Source of the DNA: an uncultured Lentisphaeria bacterium
Lineage (GTDB): Bacteria; Verrucomicrobiota; Lentisphaeria; Victivallales; UBA1829
Reading direction: 5' to 3'
Length of the DNA stretch: 64,000 nt
Assembly: GCA_949287225.1 (NCBI GenBank)
Contig: CASEFP010000033.1
Coordinates: 9,689 to 73,688 of the forward strand
Positions 1 to 10,254 of the stretch are shown in pieces; position 1 is the first letter of the stretch, and every line of letters begins with the position of its first letter. The translations under genes were made by a program, and so were the position numbers. Under the pieces are notes generated by a model. The model saw only the letters and a program-made list of their open reading frames with translations, was not told where the DNA came from and did not search any database.

Positions 1-28
1 TGCCGCGGGGGAATATCTTTTCCGCGCC

Positions 29-811
29 GTGACGGACGGCGCTTTTTCCGAGGTCCGCATGTCCGTGCTTCCCCGGAAGCAGTTTGCCGGACTTGCCGCC
101 CGTGCCAATGCATTTGCCGGAAAGAAACCGATGCGCATCCTTTATCTGGGAGACAGTCTTTCCGATTTTCTGCATGACCACAATTATACGGACAAAGTCA
201 ACTTTTTCCTGAATCTGCATGGGAAATCCTCCTTTCGCAACGCCGCGGTTCACGGCGACTACGTAACACGGACCCTCCAGCGCATGCGCGGAATCCACGG
301 TGGGAAAAAGGCATTCAAACAGTTCCGTTATCAGGATTTGTGGAAAGAGGAATACGACCTGATTTTCATCTGGCTGGGACATAACGACACCGTATCAAAC
401 ACGAGATGGAGCAGGGATCTGAGCGTTCCGCGCATTCTGCCGCCGGAACAGAAGAAACTTTACGGTGAGCTGCTCGGGGAAATCCGTCGTCACAGCAAGG
501 CACGGATCATCCTGGTTTCCGCCGCCTCCATCAACTTTGAGCAGGCATTGAAGCTGAGCGAGTCCATGAACCGTCCGGATCATATGCGTTACCTGTTCGG
601 CCGTCCCGAACTTCTGGAACAGTGGAACAGGACTCTCCGCGAAATCGCCGCCGAGCAGAAAACCGGTTATTTCGACATTTATACCCCGTTGGCGGCCTGC
701 CCGGAAAAGAATACACTCTTCTCTCCGGCGGACGGGCTCCATCCGACGGATCAAGGGCACAATTTCATTGCCGGACTTTTTCTTGATTATCTGAAACAAT
801 TCGCGGATTGA
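29..811 (+). CDS. SGNH/GDSL-family hydrolase (esterase-like)
   Basis: 260-aa ORF with SGNH blocks 'ILYLGDSLSD' (block I Ser), 'GHNDT' (block III Asn) and 'DGLHPTDQGH' (block V Asp/His). The frame is open back to nt 2, so the true start may lie upstream of the window or at an internal Met ('MRILYLGD'). Confidence 0.8.
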   Translation: MTDGAFSEVRMSVLPRKQFAGLAARANAFAGKKPMRILYLGDSLSDFLHDHNYTDKVNFFLNLHGKSSFRNAAVHGDYVTRTLQRMRGIHGGKKAFKQFRYQDLWKEEYDLIFIWLGHNDTVSNTRWSRDLSVPRILPPEQKKLYGELLGEIRRHSKARIILVSAASINFEQALKLSESMNRPDHMRYLFGRPELLEQWNRTLREIAAEQKTGYFDIYTPLAACPEKNTLFSPADGLHPTDQGHNFIAGLFLDYLKQFAD

Positions 812-827
812 TCCTGATGGAGAATGA

Positions 828-3134
828 TTGATCATGAAACTGCTGATTCCAAAATATGAAGGTATTTACCGCATCGCGGCGGATGAATTCAGAAGTTTCT
901 GGCATGCCATGACGGATGAAAGGGTGGAAGCCGTTACTGAGCCCGTTGGGGGAGAAGATCACGTCGTGCTCGGCGGCGACGAGGAGTTTCCGTTTGTGTT
1001 TGAACTGATCCTGAATGGAACGATTCCGCCGTTCGGCATCCCGATCGGCGGGGACTCTTTTGTTCTGCGCTCGGCGGAGATCGACGGGCATGACTGGCTT
1101 TTTCTCGCGGGAGGACGTCCCCGGGCCCTTCTGTATGCGGTCTACGCTTTTTTCGAACATCAGGGCTGTTCCTATTTCCCTGACGGCGACCGCATCCCGA
1201 AGCGTGCCAGCCTTTCTCTGAAAGGCTTTGATCTGTATGAAAGGAACCGTTTCCAATACCGCATGATCCGTTATTTCGCCCACCGCGGGCTGAAGCGTTT
1301 CCAGGCGGAATTCTGGGATTTTGAAGACTGGAAAAGAGAGATTGATTTTCTTGTCAAGCGCCGTTTCAATCTCTTCATGCTGCGCATCGGCATGGATGAT
1401 CTGTTTCAGAAGGCATTTCCGGATATCGTTCCCTATCCGGAAAACGGCAGAGTTCCCGAATCAATCCCCCATTCCTACAACGACCGCAATCTGTTCTGGA
1501 GCCTGGAGTATCGCGGCGCGCTGCGACGGAAAATTCTGGCCTATGCCCGTGAGCGCGATCTGCTCCATCCGGAAGATGTCGGAGTGGTGACTCATTGGTA
1601 CAGCCGCACACCGCAGGCTTATCTGGATCAAGCGGCTCCCCGTTTTATCCCGCAGGCTGGCGGCGCTTATTACGAACCGACCGGCCGGGCGTGGGATATC
1701 CGTGACAGAAAAAATCTTGAGGCGTATTTCAAATTGACCGAAACGCATATCCGCGAATACGGTTCACCGGATATTTTCCATACCATCGGACTGGCGGAAC
1801 GCATGTGCTTTCCCGAACGCAGGGAGAATCTCGCCTTCAAGCTGTATGTCTACCGAAGCATTATCAGCGAACTGCGGAAACGTTATCCGAATGCGCCTCT
1901 GCTGATCGGCACGTGGGATTTCTCGACTTTCTGGACTCCGGAGGAAGTTACCGCCTTTATCGGGGAGCTGGATCCCGGACGGAATCTGATCTTTGACTAC
2001 ACCTCCGATACCGATGATCCGGTCAATTATTTCATGAACTGGGGAGTAGTCCGGAAATTTCCGTGGATATTCGGAATCTTCAGCGCCTATGAATCCGAAA
2101 CGGATCTCCGGGGCGATTACACGCGGATTTCCGAACGCCTGAAGATTGCGGCGGCCGATCCGGAGTGCCGCGGATTCGCATTATGGCCTGAGTGTTCGCA
2201 TTCGGACATTCTCCTTATGGAGTATGTCTGCCGCAACAGCTGGAAGCCGGAACCGGAGCAGGGCATAAGACCGGTCATTGACGCACTTTGCCGGAGCCGG
2301 TATTCGGGAGAAATGCAAAAAGTCATGCATGCCGTCTGGCTGGAGGCGCTGCCTGTGATTGAAAGCCGTTTTTTCATCGGCCCCGTGACACCTCGCGGGC
2401 GCATGGGGCACGAAATCATTTTCAACGTGCTTCATGTCAAAAACTACCGGACATTCACACCGGAAAACCTGACCGCCCACCGCCTGACAGCCGAAACCAT
2501 GCGTGCTGCGGAATGTGTTCTTCCTGATCTTCTGTGCACCCTTGCCGCGATCGGGCTTCCGGATGAAGTGTTTGTATGCAAAGATCTGCTGGATCTGGCA
2601 AAAACAACTCTGGGGAGAGCGCTTCACATTCACCTTACGCATCTGATGCTTGACCTGGAACATTTCCGGAGCCGAATTTCCGGAGCCGCGGAATCTGTCC
2701 GGTCACGTCTTGCATTGATCGAATCGTGTTACGAGGCACTCCGCGACGTGCTGGCCTGTTCCGGAGATTTTTCTCTCAATCATACGCTGCACGCTCTGGA
2801 ACGTTCCGCTCCGGTTTATCCGGATTTCGTCGGGACTCTGAAAGCAGACGCAGGAAATCACTACTGCCGCTCTTACGTTTACGAGCTTTTTGATATGCTC
2901 TACCTGCCGGAATTCCGCCTCTACCGGAATTATACGGAAGAAAAAATTCTCCGGGAGGACCGTGGAATCTGGGATGATGCCGAAGCCCGTTTCCCTGAAT
3001 TGGAACAGCAGACGGAGGCATTTTATTATTCTGCTGCATTGCCCGGCTTTGCTCCGAATCTTTCTGAAGCACGCCGACATTATAAGCTGACAATGAAATC
3101 AATCGCATATAAATTGAAAGGGTTTTTACCATGA
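828..3134 (+). CDS. GH89-like alpha-N-acetylglucosaminidase family protein (leaderless)
   Basis: 768-aa ORF starting 16 nt after the SGNH stop. It matches NAGLU/GH89 blocks collinearly by eye: '[22 protein letters not shown]' (cf. W-x-W-E-R-E-I-D-W-M-A-L-N-G-I-N-L), 'IGLAERM' (F-N-E-M region), 'ALWPECS' (A-P-E-G-I region), '[12 protein letters not shown]' and 'YLPEFRLY'. No signal peptide. Confidence 0.7.
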   Translation: MIMKLLIPKYEGIYRIAADEFRSFWHAMTDERVEAVTEPVGGEDHVVLGGDEEFPFVFELILNGTIPPFGIPIGGDSFVLRSAEIDGHDWLFLAGGRPRALLYAVYAFFEHQGCSYFPDGDRIPKRASLSLKGFDLYERNRFQYRMIRYFAHRGLKRFQAEFWDFEDWKREIDFLVKRRFNLFMLRIGMDDLFQKAFPDIVPYPENGRVPESIPHSYNDRNLFWSLEYRGALRRKILAYARERDLLHPEDVGVVTHWYSRTPQAYLDQAAPRFIPQAGGAYYEPTGRAWDIRDRKNLEAYFKLTETHIREYGSPDIFHTIGLAERMCFPERRENLAFKLYVYRSIISELRKRYPNAPLLIGTWDFSTFWTPEEVTAFIGELDPGRNLIFDYTSDTDDPVNYFMNWGVVRKFPWIFGIFSAYESETDLRGDYTRISERLKIAAADPECRGFALWPECSHSDILLMEYVCRNSWKPEPEQGIRPVIDALCRSRYSGEMQKVMHAVWLEALPVIESRFFIGPVTPRGRMGHEIIFNVLHVKNYRTFTPENLTAHRLTAETMRAAECVLPDLLCTLAAIGLPDEVFVCKDLLDLAKTTLGRALHIHLTHLMLDLEHFRSRISGAAESVRSRLALIESCYEALRDVLACSGDFSLNHTLHALERSAPVYPDFVGTLKADAGNHYCRSYVYELFDMLYLPEFRLYRNYTEEKILREDRGIWDDAEARFPELEQQTEAFYYSAALPGFAPNLSEARRHYKLTMKSIAYKLKGFLP

Positions 3135-3913
3135 TGAAAGAAAACAGAAATGCAAGGGGGAAACTCCGGAATTTTTCCCGTTCCCAGGGATGTTTCACAT
3201 TGATAGAGCTTCTCATCGTGATTGCAATCATTTCCATTCTTGCGGCGATGCTGCTTCCTGCGTTGCAGAAGGTTCGTGAGAAGGTCAAAGGCACCGCATG
3301 CATGAATCAGCAGAAGCAGATCATGCTTGCTCAGCAGCTTTACGCATCGGATTATGGGGATTATATGCTCGGTGCAAGAGGAAACTATTACCGGAACGCA
3401 CTTGACACCTTTCCTGTAGCCCTGGCGGCTCTGAAATATCTGTCAAAATGGGATTTCGCCATCTGTCCCGCCATGCCGCGGAAAGACACCAATTCTTCAA
3501 CCCGTTCTCTTCACACCATGGGCGTCATGGAATGTTTCACCACAAGCTGGAACGGGAACCAGATTCCTTATTACAAGGAACGGATTTCTGAAACCGGAGA
3601 TTACGCTGTATTCGTCAAAGATGCCGGGAATGCCCGTTTTTATGCCATCAGGAAGATGCGTGCTCCGGGAAAACTCGGTCTGCTGGGCGACACAATTCAG
3701 GGAAGCAGCGAGAACGAGTCGAAGGGGTATGGAGCCTATTATTTTTATCCGGCGACTGCAGGTTATCCTTATATGTATCTTTTTGCCGTGCACAATCTGC
3801 GGGTACAGCGGGCCTTTGCCGATGGTCATGTGCAGAGCGATTCCCCCGAGGAACTGATGAGCCGGGAAGAGATTCTGGCCCGGAAAAGCGGCACCTTCAT
3901 TCTGCAGCAGTAA
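3131..3913 (+). CDS. Prepilin-type N-terminal cleavage/methylation domain protein, H-X9-DG (DUF1559-type) pseudopilin-like
   Basis: Class III signal '[26 protein letters not shown]' (G|F-T-L-I-E). C-terminal '[14 protein letters not shown]' fits the H-X9-DG motif. The start overlaps the GH89-like stop (ATGA at 3131-3134). Confidence 0.9.
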   Translation: MMKENRNARGKLRNFSRSQGCFTLIELLIVIAIISILAAMLLPALQKVREKVKGTACMNQQKQIMLAQQLYASDYGDYMLGARGNYYRNALDTFPVALAALKYLSKWDFAICPAMPRKDTNSSTRSLHTMGVMECFTTSWNGNQIPYYKERISETGDYAVFVKDAGNARFYAIRKMRAPGKLGLLGDTIQGSSENESKGYGAYYFYPATAGYPYMYLFAVHNLRVQRAFADGHVQSDSPEELMSREEILARKSGTFILQQ

Positions 3914-3974
3914 AACTTTTTACAACGGAACTGCAAACAGTACTGTTATCCCGTTTCCGGGGGGAAATGTGCGG

Positions 3975-5039
3975 TCAATACCAATTGGACTGAACGTTGC
4001 CGGAAGTATTTTCCGGGTTATCCGGATGTTCCGGATCAAAGACGAATCCATGGTGGTCCTCGTGGTATTTCTGTGGTTTTTCCGGCAGCCGCCACGGCTG
4101 TTCCACTGTAAACGGCTTTCTGAATAAATTGCGGATGCGTCGGCGTTTTTCAAGATGATTCATGCAGCTGATGATACAACCGCGTGCACCGCAGATTGCG
4201 ATTGGATACGCTGAAAATGCTTTGTAGGTTGGCAGCGCGTTGAACAGCGCATGTCCGAAGTTCCACCCTTCCACCCAGGTGTTGCCCTGTTCGAGAATCG
4301 GTATATAAATACCGGGAAACGATTTGACGAAATGCGGCGAAGTTGTCCGGTTCAATCCGAAGTGCGTAAGTTTACAGCGACCTAAAACCAGGTCGTTGCA
4401 CTGCCATTTGACTCCTCCTGCTTCAAAATCAATTGCACGTTCGCCACTGATCGCCTGTCCGGGACAATCTCGGACACAACATTTACAACCGTCGCATATT
4501 TCCCCGACCCGGATCGGATCAGGTTCCAGTTCGGCATCGGTCAGAATACACCCCAGACGCTGACGCGGTCCGAAATCCCGACTGAGGAAAACCTTGCTCC
4601 AACCCATTTCACCCAGTCCCGCCATCACAGCGGCGATCCGGAGACTGATGTTGATGTTGCGCGGATATTTGCCGCCGAGGGGGACAGGTCCGCGCGGACC
4701 GGATTCACGCAGTGTCGCCGCAGGTGGTGCGGGAACCGCTTCAAAGCCGTGGTCTTCGATGAAGCGCCCCAGACGATAATTCCCTTGATGAATGAGCTTG
4801 GTCAGTCCGGCGTAAGCGAAAACTTGATAACTCGGCCAGTGTGTGCCCCGCTCAATACCGCGATAACATCCGCGCAGAATCCGGCGGGTGAAAACAATGA
4901 CTGATTTGACTTCCGGCATGATCCTCCGCGGGTGCATGAAGTCCGGAGCATTATCGAAACGGCCAATGTCTGCAACCCCCAGTGCGTCGATTCCGAGTTC
5001 TTGCTTTGCATATTTTTTTAATTCATCTGAGGTCAGCAT
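3975..5039 (-). CDS. QueG/reductive-dehalogenase-like 4Fe-4S protein (paralogue 2)
   Basis: 354 aa counted from 'MLTSDELKKYAKQELGIDALGVADIGRF'. Motifs: 'AAVMAGLGEMGWSK', ferredoxin motif 'CDGCKCCVRDCP', and a second Cys cluster 'CGARGCIISC'. I chose the start at 5039 because it overlaps the upstream stop as ATGCTGA; the track ORF extends to 5084. Confidence 0.7.
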   Translation of the reverse strand: MLTSDELKKYAKQELGIDALGVADIGRFDNAPDFMHPRRIMPEVKSVIVFTRRILRGCYRGIERGTHWPSYQVFAYAGLTKLIHQGNYRLGRFIEDHGFEAVPAPPAATLRESGPRGPVPLGGKYPRNINISLRIAAVMAGLGEMGWSKVFLSRDFGPRQRLGCILTDAELEPDPIRVGEICDGCKCCVRDCPGQAISGERAIDFEAGGVKWQCNDLVLGRCKLTHFGLNRTTSPHFVKSFPGIYIPILEQGNTWVEGWNFGHALFNALPTYKAFSAYPIAICGARGCIISCMNHLEKRRRIRNLFRKPFTVEQPWRLPEKPQKYHEDHHGFVFDPEHPDNPENTSGNVQSNWY

Positions 5040-5797
5040 GAATGTGTTTTCTCCTCCAGGTGCCGGACACAGGCTCGGCCGCACGCCGCACCTACCCGGT
5101 TTGGTTCAAGTCCGAGCGAATAAGGACGGGGACTGGTGCCTGTCCGGCAAATCTGGCAGCTTTCGTACCGCAGTGCCCAGTGCGGCATCCGTCCCGTAAT
5201 CTGTTTTGTGTCCAGCGCAAGCGCTGGGCATGCCTTGGCGCATTCGCCGCAATGATCGCAGAGATGTCCGCGGAAAATCGGATCTGCTTCCAGTTCCAGT
5301 TCTGTTAAAACCGCTGTAAACTCCTGCCGCGGGCCAAATTCCGGAGTCAGAAAGAGTTTTCCCATCCCCATTTCTCCTAATCCCGCCTGTTGCGCAGCCA
5401 GTTCCATGTCGATGATGACGTCCGGCGCAGCGCGATCCGGTGCCACCGGGATGCCGCGGTCGCGCAAATCATAGGAATGGCGTATCAGCGGCAGCGCCTC
5501 ATAGCCGTTTTCTTCGATTTCACGGCAGAAATGGTAGGTCGCCTCCTGCATGTAGGTGCACATTCCTCCGGGATCGGAAGCGGAAAAAGAGCCCCAGTTG
5601 CTGCCGTTTTCAATGCCGCGCAATGCGCCGCGCAATATTCGGAAACCGAGAACAATCACGGAACTGGTATCGGGTTTGATTTCCCGGGGATTCTCACTCA
5701 TCGGAACATTGGCAAAGCGTTCGACTGAAGCAATGCCGACCAGGTCGGCGCCGCAGCGGCGGGCTAAGTCTTTGATGAAGGAGGCATTCATTGTCAT
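5033..5797 (-). CDS. QueG/reductive-dehalogenase-like 4Fe-4S protein (paralogue 1)
   Basis: 254 aa. Motifs: 'FIKDLARRCGADLVGIASVERF', 'AAQQAGLGEMGMGK', 'CDHCGECAKACP', and downstream Cys residues 'CQICRTG...ACGRAC'. The start overlaps the oxidoreductase stop (ATGA at 5794-5797). Confidence 0.7.
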   Translation of the reverse strand: MTMNASFIKDLARRCGADLVGIASVERFANVPMSENPREIKPDTSSVIVLGFRILRGALRGIENGSNWGSFSASDPGGMCTYMQEATYHFCREIEENGYEALPLIRHSYDLRDRGIPVAPDRAAPDVIIDMELAAQQAGLGEMGMGKLFLTPEFGPRQEFTAVLTELELEADPIFRGHLCDHCGECAKACPALALDTKQITGRMPHWALRYESCQICRTGTSPRPYSLGLEPNRVGAACGRACVRHLEEKTHSC

Positions 5798-6831
5798 TTC
5801 GCGGAATCCTTTCGCATCATCAGCGCAATGGCTTTGATTCCGGCAACAATGGTTTCCGGTGAGACCTCATCAGGCAGAGGTCCGTTACGCACTGCGCGGT
5901 AAAAGTTTTCATATTGATAACTGCCGCTGCGTTCGGCAGCGGGCAGTTCTACGCTTTCCACATGCAGGCGACCGCCGCGGAGCGTTTCAAGGCGCATGGA
6001 TACACCAGTAAAGTCGCGGTCGGCGACGGTGCGGACCTGTGTTTTGTAAATGGTGCCGTGTTCAAAGTGCAGTGTGAATGCGGATGGATACAGCCGGCCG
6101 TCTCCGATGCAGAGCGCGGAGTAGATACTGCCGATTGCGCCGTTGGCAAAGCGCAGCAGCAGCTGAGCATTATCCGGTGTCGGCCGCCCGGTGGCGATTC
6201 TTCCTGAAATAACTTCCGCGTCTTCAGGTTCCCCGAAGATGGCAATCATTTCATTTATACCGTAAATCCCGATCCTGAAGATTGGCGCAACGGGACATTT
6301 TTCCGGCGAATCGAACCATGATCCATCGGCGGTTTCGTGGTATTCAGCATAGGTTTCCCAGTGCCCCGCCACCGGTTTTCCCAGATTGAAATCCTTGCGC
6401 CAGAGTCTGATCTGAGCCAGATCACAAGAGGGCAGCGGACCAGGAGAATTGAGATGTAAGACCAGATTGCGTTTACGCGCTTCCTGCAGCACATTCAGCG
6501 CCGCATCTGCGTCGAGATCGAACGGCTTGGTGGTCAGGACGTGCTTGCCCGCAGCCAGACATTCCCGGATCACCGCCGACCGCCCTGCCGGCGGAATCAT
6601 CAGCATTATTGCTTCCACCGCCGGATTGTTCAGAACTTGCTCCAGCTCCGTGCAGAAAGGCAGCTTATGCCTGGTTCCGAACGCTTCAGCTCTGGCACGG
6701 TTCCGATCGCAGACTGCAATGATTTTAAGCTTGGATTCAATCGGTCTTCCGATCAGCTGACGTTCCGCCAGACCTGCGCCGAAATTCAGTCCGACCAAAG
6801 CCATTCGGACCGGGTTGAAGTTTCTGTCCAT
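5794..6831 (-). CDS. Gfo/Idh/MocA-family NAD(P)-dependent oxidoreductase
   Basis: 345 aa. N-terminal Rossmann 'MALVGLNFGAGL', 'IIAVCDRN', and 'GKHVLTTKPF' (E/T-K-P motif). No signal or Tat leader. The start overlaps the upstream stop by 1 nt (TAATG). Confidence 0.85.
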   Translation of the reverse strand: MDRNFNPVRMALVGLNFGAGLAERQLIGRPIESKLKIIAVCDRNRARAEAFGTRHKLPFCTELEQVLNNPAVEAIMLMIPPAGRSAVIRECLAAGKHVLTTKPFDLDADAALNVLQEARKRNLVLHLNSPGPLPSCDLAQIRLWRKDFNLGKPVAGHWETYAEYHETADGSWFDSPEKCPVAPIFRIGIYGINEMIAIFGEPEDAEVISGRIATGRPTPDNAQLLLRFANGAIGSIYSALCIGDGRLYPSAFTLHFEHGTIYKTQVRTVADRDFTGVSMRLETLRGGRLHVESVELPAAERSGSYQYENFYRAVRNGPLPDEVSPETIVAGIKAIALMMRKDSAK

Positions 6832-9800
6832 TATTTTATTCTCTCCAATTTTATATCATCAAACCAGATGTTGGCCTGGGTCGTTTTTTCTGTGAGGGAG
6901 GATTGAAATCTTGCCGAAGCGATGCCGACGGCGGGAACGGTAAAACGGAATTCAAATTTCCGCCATCCCGATTTGGAGGTCTGACTCAATTCAGCAGAAT
7001 AATCCTTGAGGGTGCTGGGGGCATGCACGATCTCGACTGGAATTCTGCCGTTCTGTGATTTCGGCCTGAAACGGTGAAATGTCATCAAGCCTTTTTCCGG
7101 AGTGAAATTCCATATGAAAAGATTTTCCAATCCTGGTTCGGAGCGGAAAAAACCGGAAAGTTTCCACTGCCCCGGATGAACCAGTATTTCGGCTGTTTCC
7201 AGCGAAGTCTGCTGACCGTAGCTCCATCGGCGGCTGAGGGTAATCCGGAGCGATGGGGGAGCGGAGAAATAGTTCTTCGGGTCAAGGTATCCGAAATTAC
7301 GGGAATAACCGCGCCAGGGACTTACCGACTTCTCGCGGGCGCGATACTCATGAATCAGGCGCGGGAATTCTTTTTTTTCAGTCAGGGGCCAGGAATTGAC
7401 GATGTCATCGTAACTCATTTGCCGACCGGCGGGCAAATGCCAGTTCGAAAACCAGCCCGGGTTTTTGCTGAAATCACCGTTAAGCAGCGTTTTGGCGGCG
7501 GCACGGCGGCGCAGGCTGAGCGCCGCTTCGAGGTATTCGGCACCGTGTTCCGGAGTAATTGCCGCCATACGGAAAATATCCATCGGCATACGGTAATAAT
7601 ATCCTCGCAGAAATTCCGCGTAAGCCGCCGTCCCCGCCAGTCGGAGCATTTCCGGTTTCCCGAAGGTTTCCGCATAAAAACGCATCAACGGATACATCAG
7701 CGCTCCCCGGTGGCCGGAGTGATAGCCAAGCTGGATCGGCCAGGCTGTTTCGGGTGGAAGACCGGGCCATAATTCCTGCAGGTCGTGACGGTAAAAATCC
7801 ATGTTGAGCGAGGCATTCATTTCACGGCGAAATGAGTTAAGCAGACGGGCATCGCCGGTCAGTTTATACATTTCCATCATTGCACAGGCGCCATACCAGA
7901 CCTGATAAGGATCCAGCCGGCCATGCCAGTGAAAAATCGTCTGGTCTTTTTCGGCGGGTTTGAGCTTCCGCTTTTCCACGTGTTCCAGCTGATCCATGAA
8001 TCGCTGCCGCAATCCGGGACTGCCGGTCATCGCATAAAAATCAGCCAGACCGAGGAGGTAACGGGCAAGTGAGCGGGACTCCTGGATGTAAGCGTCATCT
8101 GCCTGGCGTTCCCGGTAGCGGTTTGCCAGTTCCAGACAGACTTCGCGGCTTCGCGGATCGCCGGTCATCAGATAGTGAATGATTATCCCCTGTGGCCAGG
8201 AATGCGAAAAATCGTAACGGACTCCTCCGGAATGATTCGAACTGTGGTAACAAGCCGAACCGTCGATTACATCTACGTCGCGGTAATGCCGCGCCCGTTC
8301 CAATGCCGCAGCCCAGCTGTCCAGATCATTTGTTCCCACAGCGTAAATCATTTCGGAAAAATCAAGAAACGATTCCAGATTTCCCCATCCTCCATCACCG
8401 TAAACGTCTCCGTAATTGAAAACTCCGTGCAGAACTTTGACCTGGTTTTTAAGCAGAGCCTCACCCTTGGGAAATCTTTTTTTGATTGAAGTCAGGATTT
8501 TTTCAGCCAGCGGCAGTTTTTTATCGACCCGTCCAATCGGAATTATGAAGAATCCGCTCCGGATGAATTCATCCGGATCCGCCAGTGCCGTCGCCCGGTC
8601 ACCGAAACGTTCCCGCGCCTCCTTCACGGATGGAGGGAGATAAACAAATTCCCGGTTGATCGACATTTTCCTGCTCAATATCAGCGCCTTGAGCGATTTC
8701 GGCCAGATCCAGGCGGTAAAATCGCCTTTGCGGTCAAGTTCCAGCAGTGCCGGATGCCGCAGCGAGGCTTCCCGGAAAATCAATGTTCCGGCGTTTCCTG
8801 ATACGGCCCCGCAGGAAATGTCGGGCGGCATGGCGAAGCATCGAGTCTCCGGTGCGTAGGTCTGGCTGTAGACGGCGGCTTCTCCCTGCCTGCCGCTGAT
8901 GATACGCAATCCTGCGTTTCGGATCGCCAGCGGCATGTCGCTGCTGTTGAAGACCGCGGCGTCGATGACAGTGGCTCCGTTGGAATGAAAGGTTTTGATT
9001 CGCAGTGTGTATTCGCCTGGCGAACTGCCTGCGGAGTCACAGAAGATACCGCGGCGCAGTTCGCGGGAGAATACGGCACCGTCTCCTTCGCTTTCGCGGA
9101 TGATCTCTTTCCCTTCATAAAAGTTTCCGGCAGTGTCCTCCATAAAGATGCGGAATTCCGGAGCTTCCCGGCGGAACACTCTCCCGGGAGCCGTTCCGGT
9201 TCCAGGAATGAGTTGGAAACCTGTGCGTCCGGCTTGCAGATCTCCTTCAAAATCGACCGCAGCCGAACGGATGCTTCCATCTCCGGGCCATCGCGCAGTC
9301 ACTGTGGCCTGTGCCGGATAAATTTTCCCGTTTTCATCCTGAACCGCCGCATTTCCGATCATGAAACATTTCCCGGGAGCGAACGGAATTCCCACTGTAA
9401 CTGGAACCCCGGTTGCTTGACGCGGATACTGAACTGTAAATCGGCATGTTCCGGAAAATGTCCCGGCGCGTCCGGTTCCGAGATCTGTTTGCGGCAGCGC
9501 CTGCAAGCGCTCTCGCAGCAATTTTTCTGCGATAGCCCGAGTCCTGAGCACGGGACGGTATTCCTGCCATGACGTGAGCGCTCCCCTTTCCAGCTGAGCT
9601 GCGTCTGCCCAGATTTTTCCTTCGGAAAGCGGCGTTATCCGGATAAAAAAGGGGGCACTTCCCGCCTCGAAACGGAGCCATGTCCGTTTGATTTTCAGGA
9701 TGCAGCGCCGCCAGTCGCCTGACGTCTCGAAATCTTCGCCTGCCAGCTGGAAAGGCGCGAACCCGCGATAGCTGAAAACTTCAATTCTGACTTTGCCATG

Positions 9801-10187
9801 GGGCGGTGCGGACTTGAGATAAATGGAAAAGAAGCCATCCCCATGGTACCCTTCTCCTTGTAATATCAATGGATTCTTGCCAATGCCGACAAGGGATTTC
9901 CGACCGTGAAATGCCGTGGTATGATCCATACTCCAGCCGGGACAACCCTGCAGATAGGAATGATCCTTCATCCGGTTCCATTGCCCGGCGCCGCCGGATT
10001 CAAAACTGCTGTCCGACAGCAGATTGCCGGAAGCGGAAGTTTTTCCCCGCATGGCTTTATCTGGCATCGGAATGTTTGTGGCCGTCGTTTCGGCGGCGGT
10101 TGCGCCTGCACAGACAAAAACTGCCGCCAGTGTCAATGCCGCGCGCCGCAGTTGATGCCGAAAAGATCGGTTCTTGTAAAATTTCAT
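6831..10187 (-). CDS. Large secreted protein with terminal CBM-like jelly-roll modules and a central alpha/alpha-toroid-like region (putative polysaccharide lyase/hydrolase)
   Basis: 1118 aa with a signal peptide ('LTLAAVFVCAGATAAE'). N-terminal module runs 'NLLSDSSFESGGAGQW...IWADAAQLERG'. C-terminal module runs 'LLNGDFSKNPGW...IWFDDIKLERIK'. The central region 'NYGDVYGDGGWGNLE...RHYRDVDVID...FSHSWPQGIIIHYLMTGD' is reminiscent of PcRGLX/YetA-type toroid enzymes. The functional class is tentative. Confidence 0.5.
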   Translation of the reverse strand: MKFYKNRSFRHQLRRAALTLAAVFVCAGATAAETTATNIPMPDKAMRGKTSASGNLLSDSSFESGGAGQWNRMKDHSYLQGCPGWSMDHTTAFHGRKSLVGIGKNPLILQGEGYHGDGFFSIYLKSAPPHGKVRIEVFSYRGFAPFQLAGEDFETSGDWRRCILKIKRTWLRFEAGSAPFFIRITPLSEGKIWADAAQLERGALTSWQEYRPVLRTRAIAEKLLRERLQALPQTDLGTGRAGTFSGTCRFTVQYPRQATGVPVTVGIPFAPGKCFMIGNAAVQDENGKIYPAQATVTARWPGDGSIRSAAVDFEGDLQAGRTGFQLIPGTGTAPGRVFRREAPEFRIFMEDTAGNFYEGKEIIRESEGDGAVFSRELRRGIFCDSAGSSPGEYTLRIKTFHSNGATVIDAAVFNSSDMPLAIRNAGLRIISGRQGEAAVYSQTYAPETRCFAMPPDISCGAVSGNAGTLIFREASLRHPALLELDRKGDFTAWIWPKSLKALILSRKMSINREFVYLPPSVKEARERFGDRATALADPDEFIRSGFFIIPIGRVDKKLPLAEKILTSIKKRFPKGEALLKNQVKVLHGVFNYGDVYGDGGWGNLESFLDFSEMIYAVGTNDLDSWAAALERARHYRDVDVIDGSACYHSSNHSGGVRYDFSHSWPQGIIIHYLMTGDPRSREVCLELANRYRERQADDAYIQESRSLARYLLGLADFYAMTGSPGLRQRFMDQLEHVEKRKLKPAEKDQTIFHWHGRLDPYQVWYGACAMMEMYKLTGDARLLNSFRREMNASLNMDFYRHDLQELWPGLPPETAWPIQLGYHSGHRGALMYPLMRFYAETFGKPEMLRLAGTAAYAEFLRGYYYRMPMDIFRMAAITPEHGAEYLEAALSLRRRAAAKTLLNGDFSKNPGWFSNWHLPAGRQMSYDDIVNSWPLTEKKEFPRLIHEYRAREKSVSPWRGYSRNFGYLDPKNYFSAPPSLRITLSRRWSYGQQTSLETAEILVHPGQWKLSGFFRSEPGLENLFIWNFTPEKGLMTFHRFRPKSQNGRIPVEIVHAPSTLKDYSAELSQTSKSGWRKFEFRFTVPAVGIASARFQSSLTEKTTQANIWFDDIKLERIK

Positions 10188-10254
10188 GATTGGTTTCCTT
10201 ATAAGTTAAAAATTTTGCAGTCGATTTTTTATGCGTTTCAGCCGGAAGCTCCCT

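Noticed and set aside
5040-5084. 15-codon N-terminal extension of the second Fe-S protein, which would overlap the upstream gene by 52 nt.
   Set aside because: The internal ATG at 5039 gives the classic ATGCTGA stop/start overlap. It also aligns the N-terminus ('MLTSDELKKYAKQELGIDALG') with that of the paralogue ('MTMNASFIKDLARRCGADLVG').
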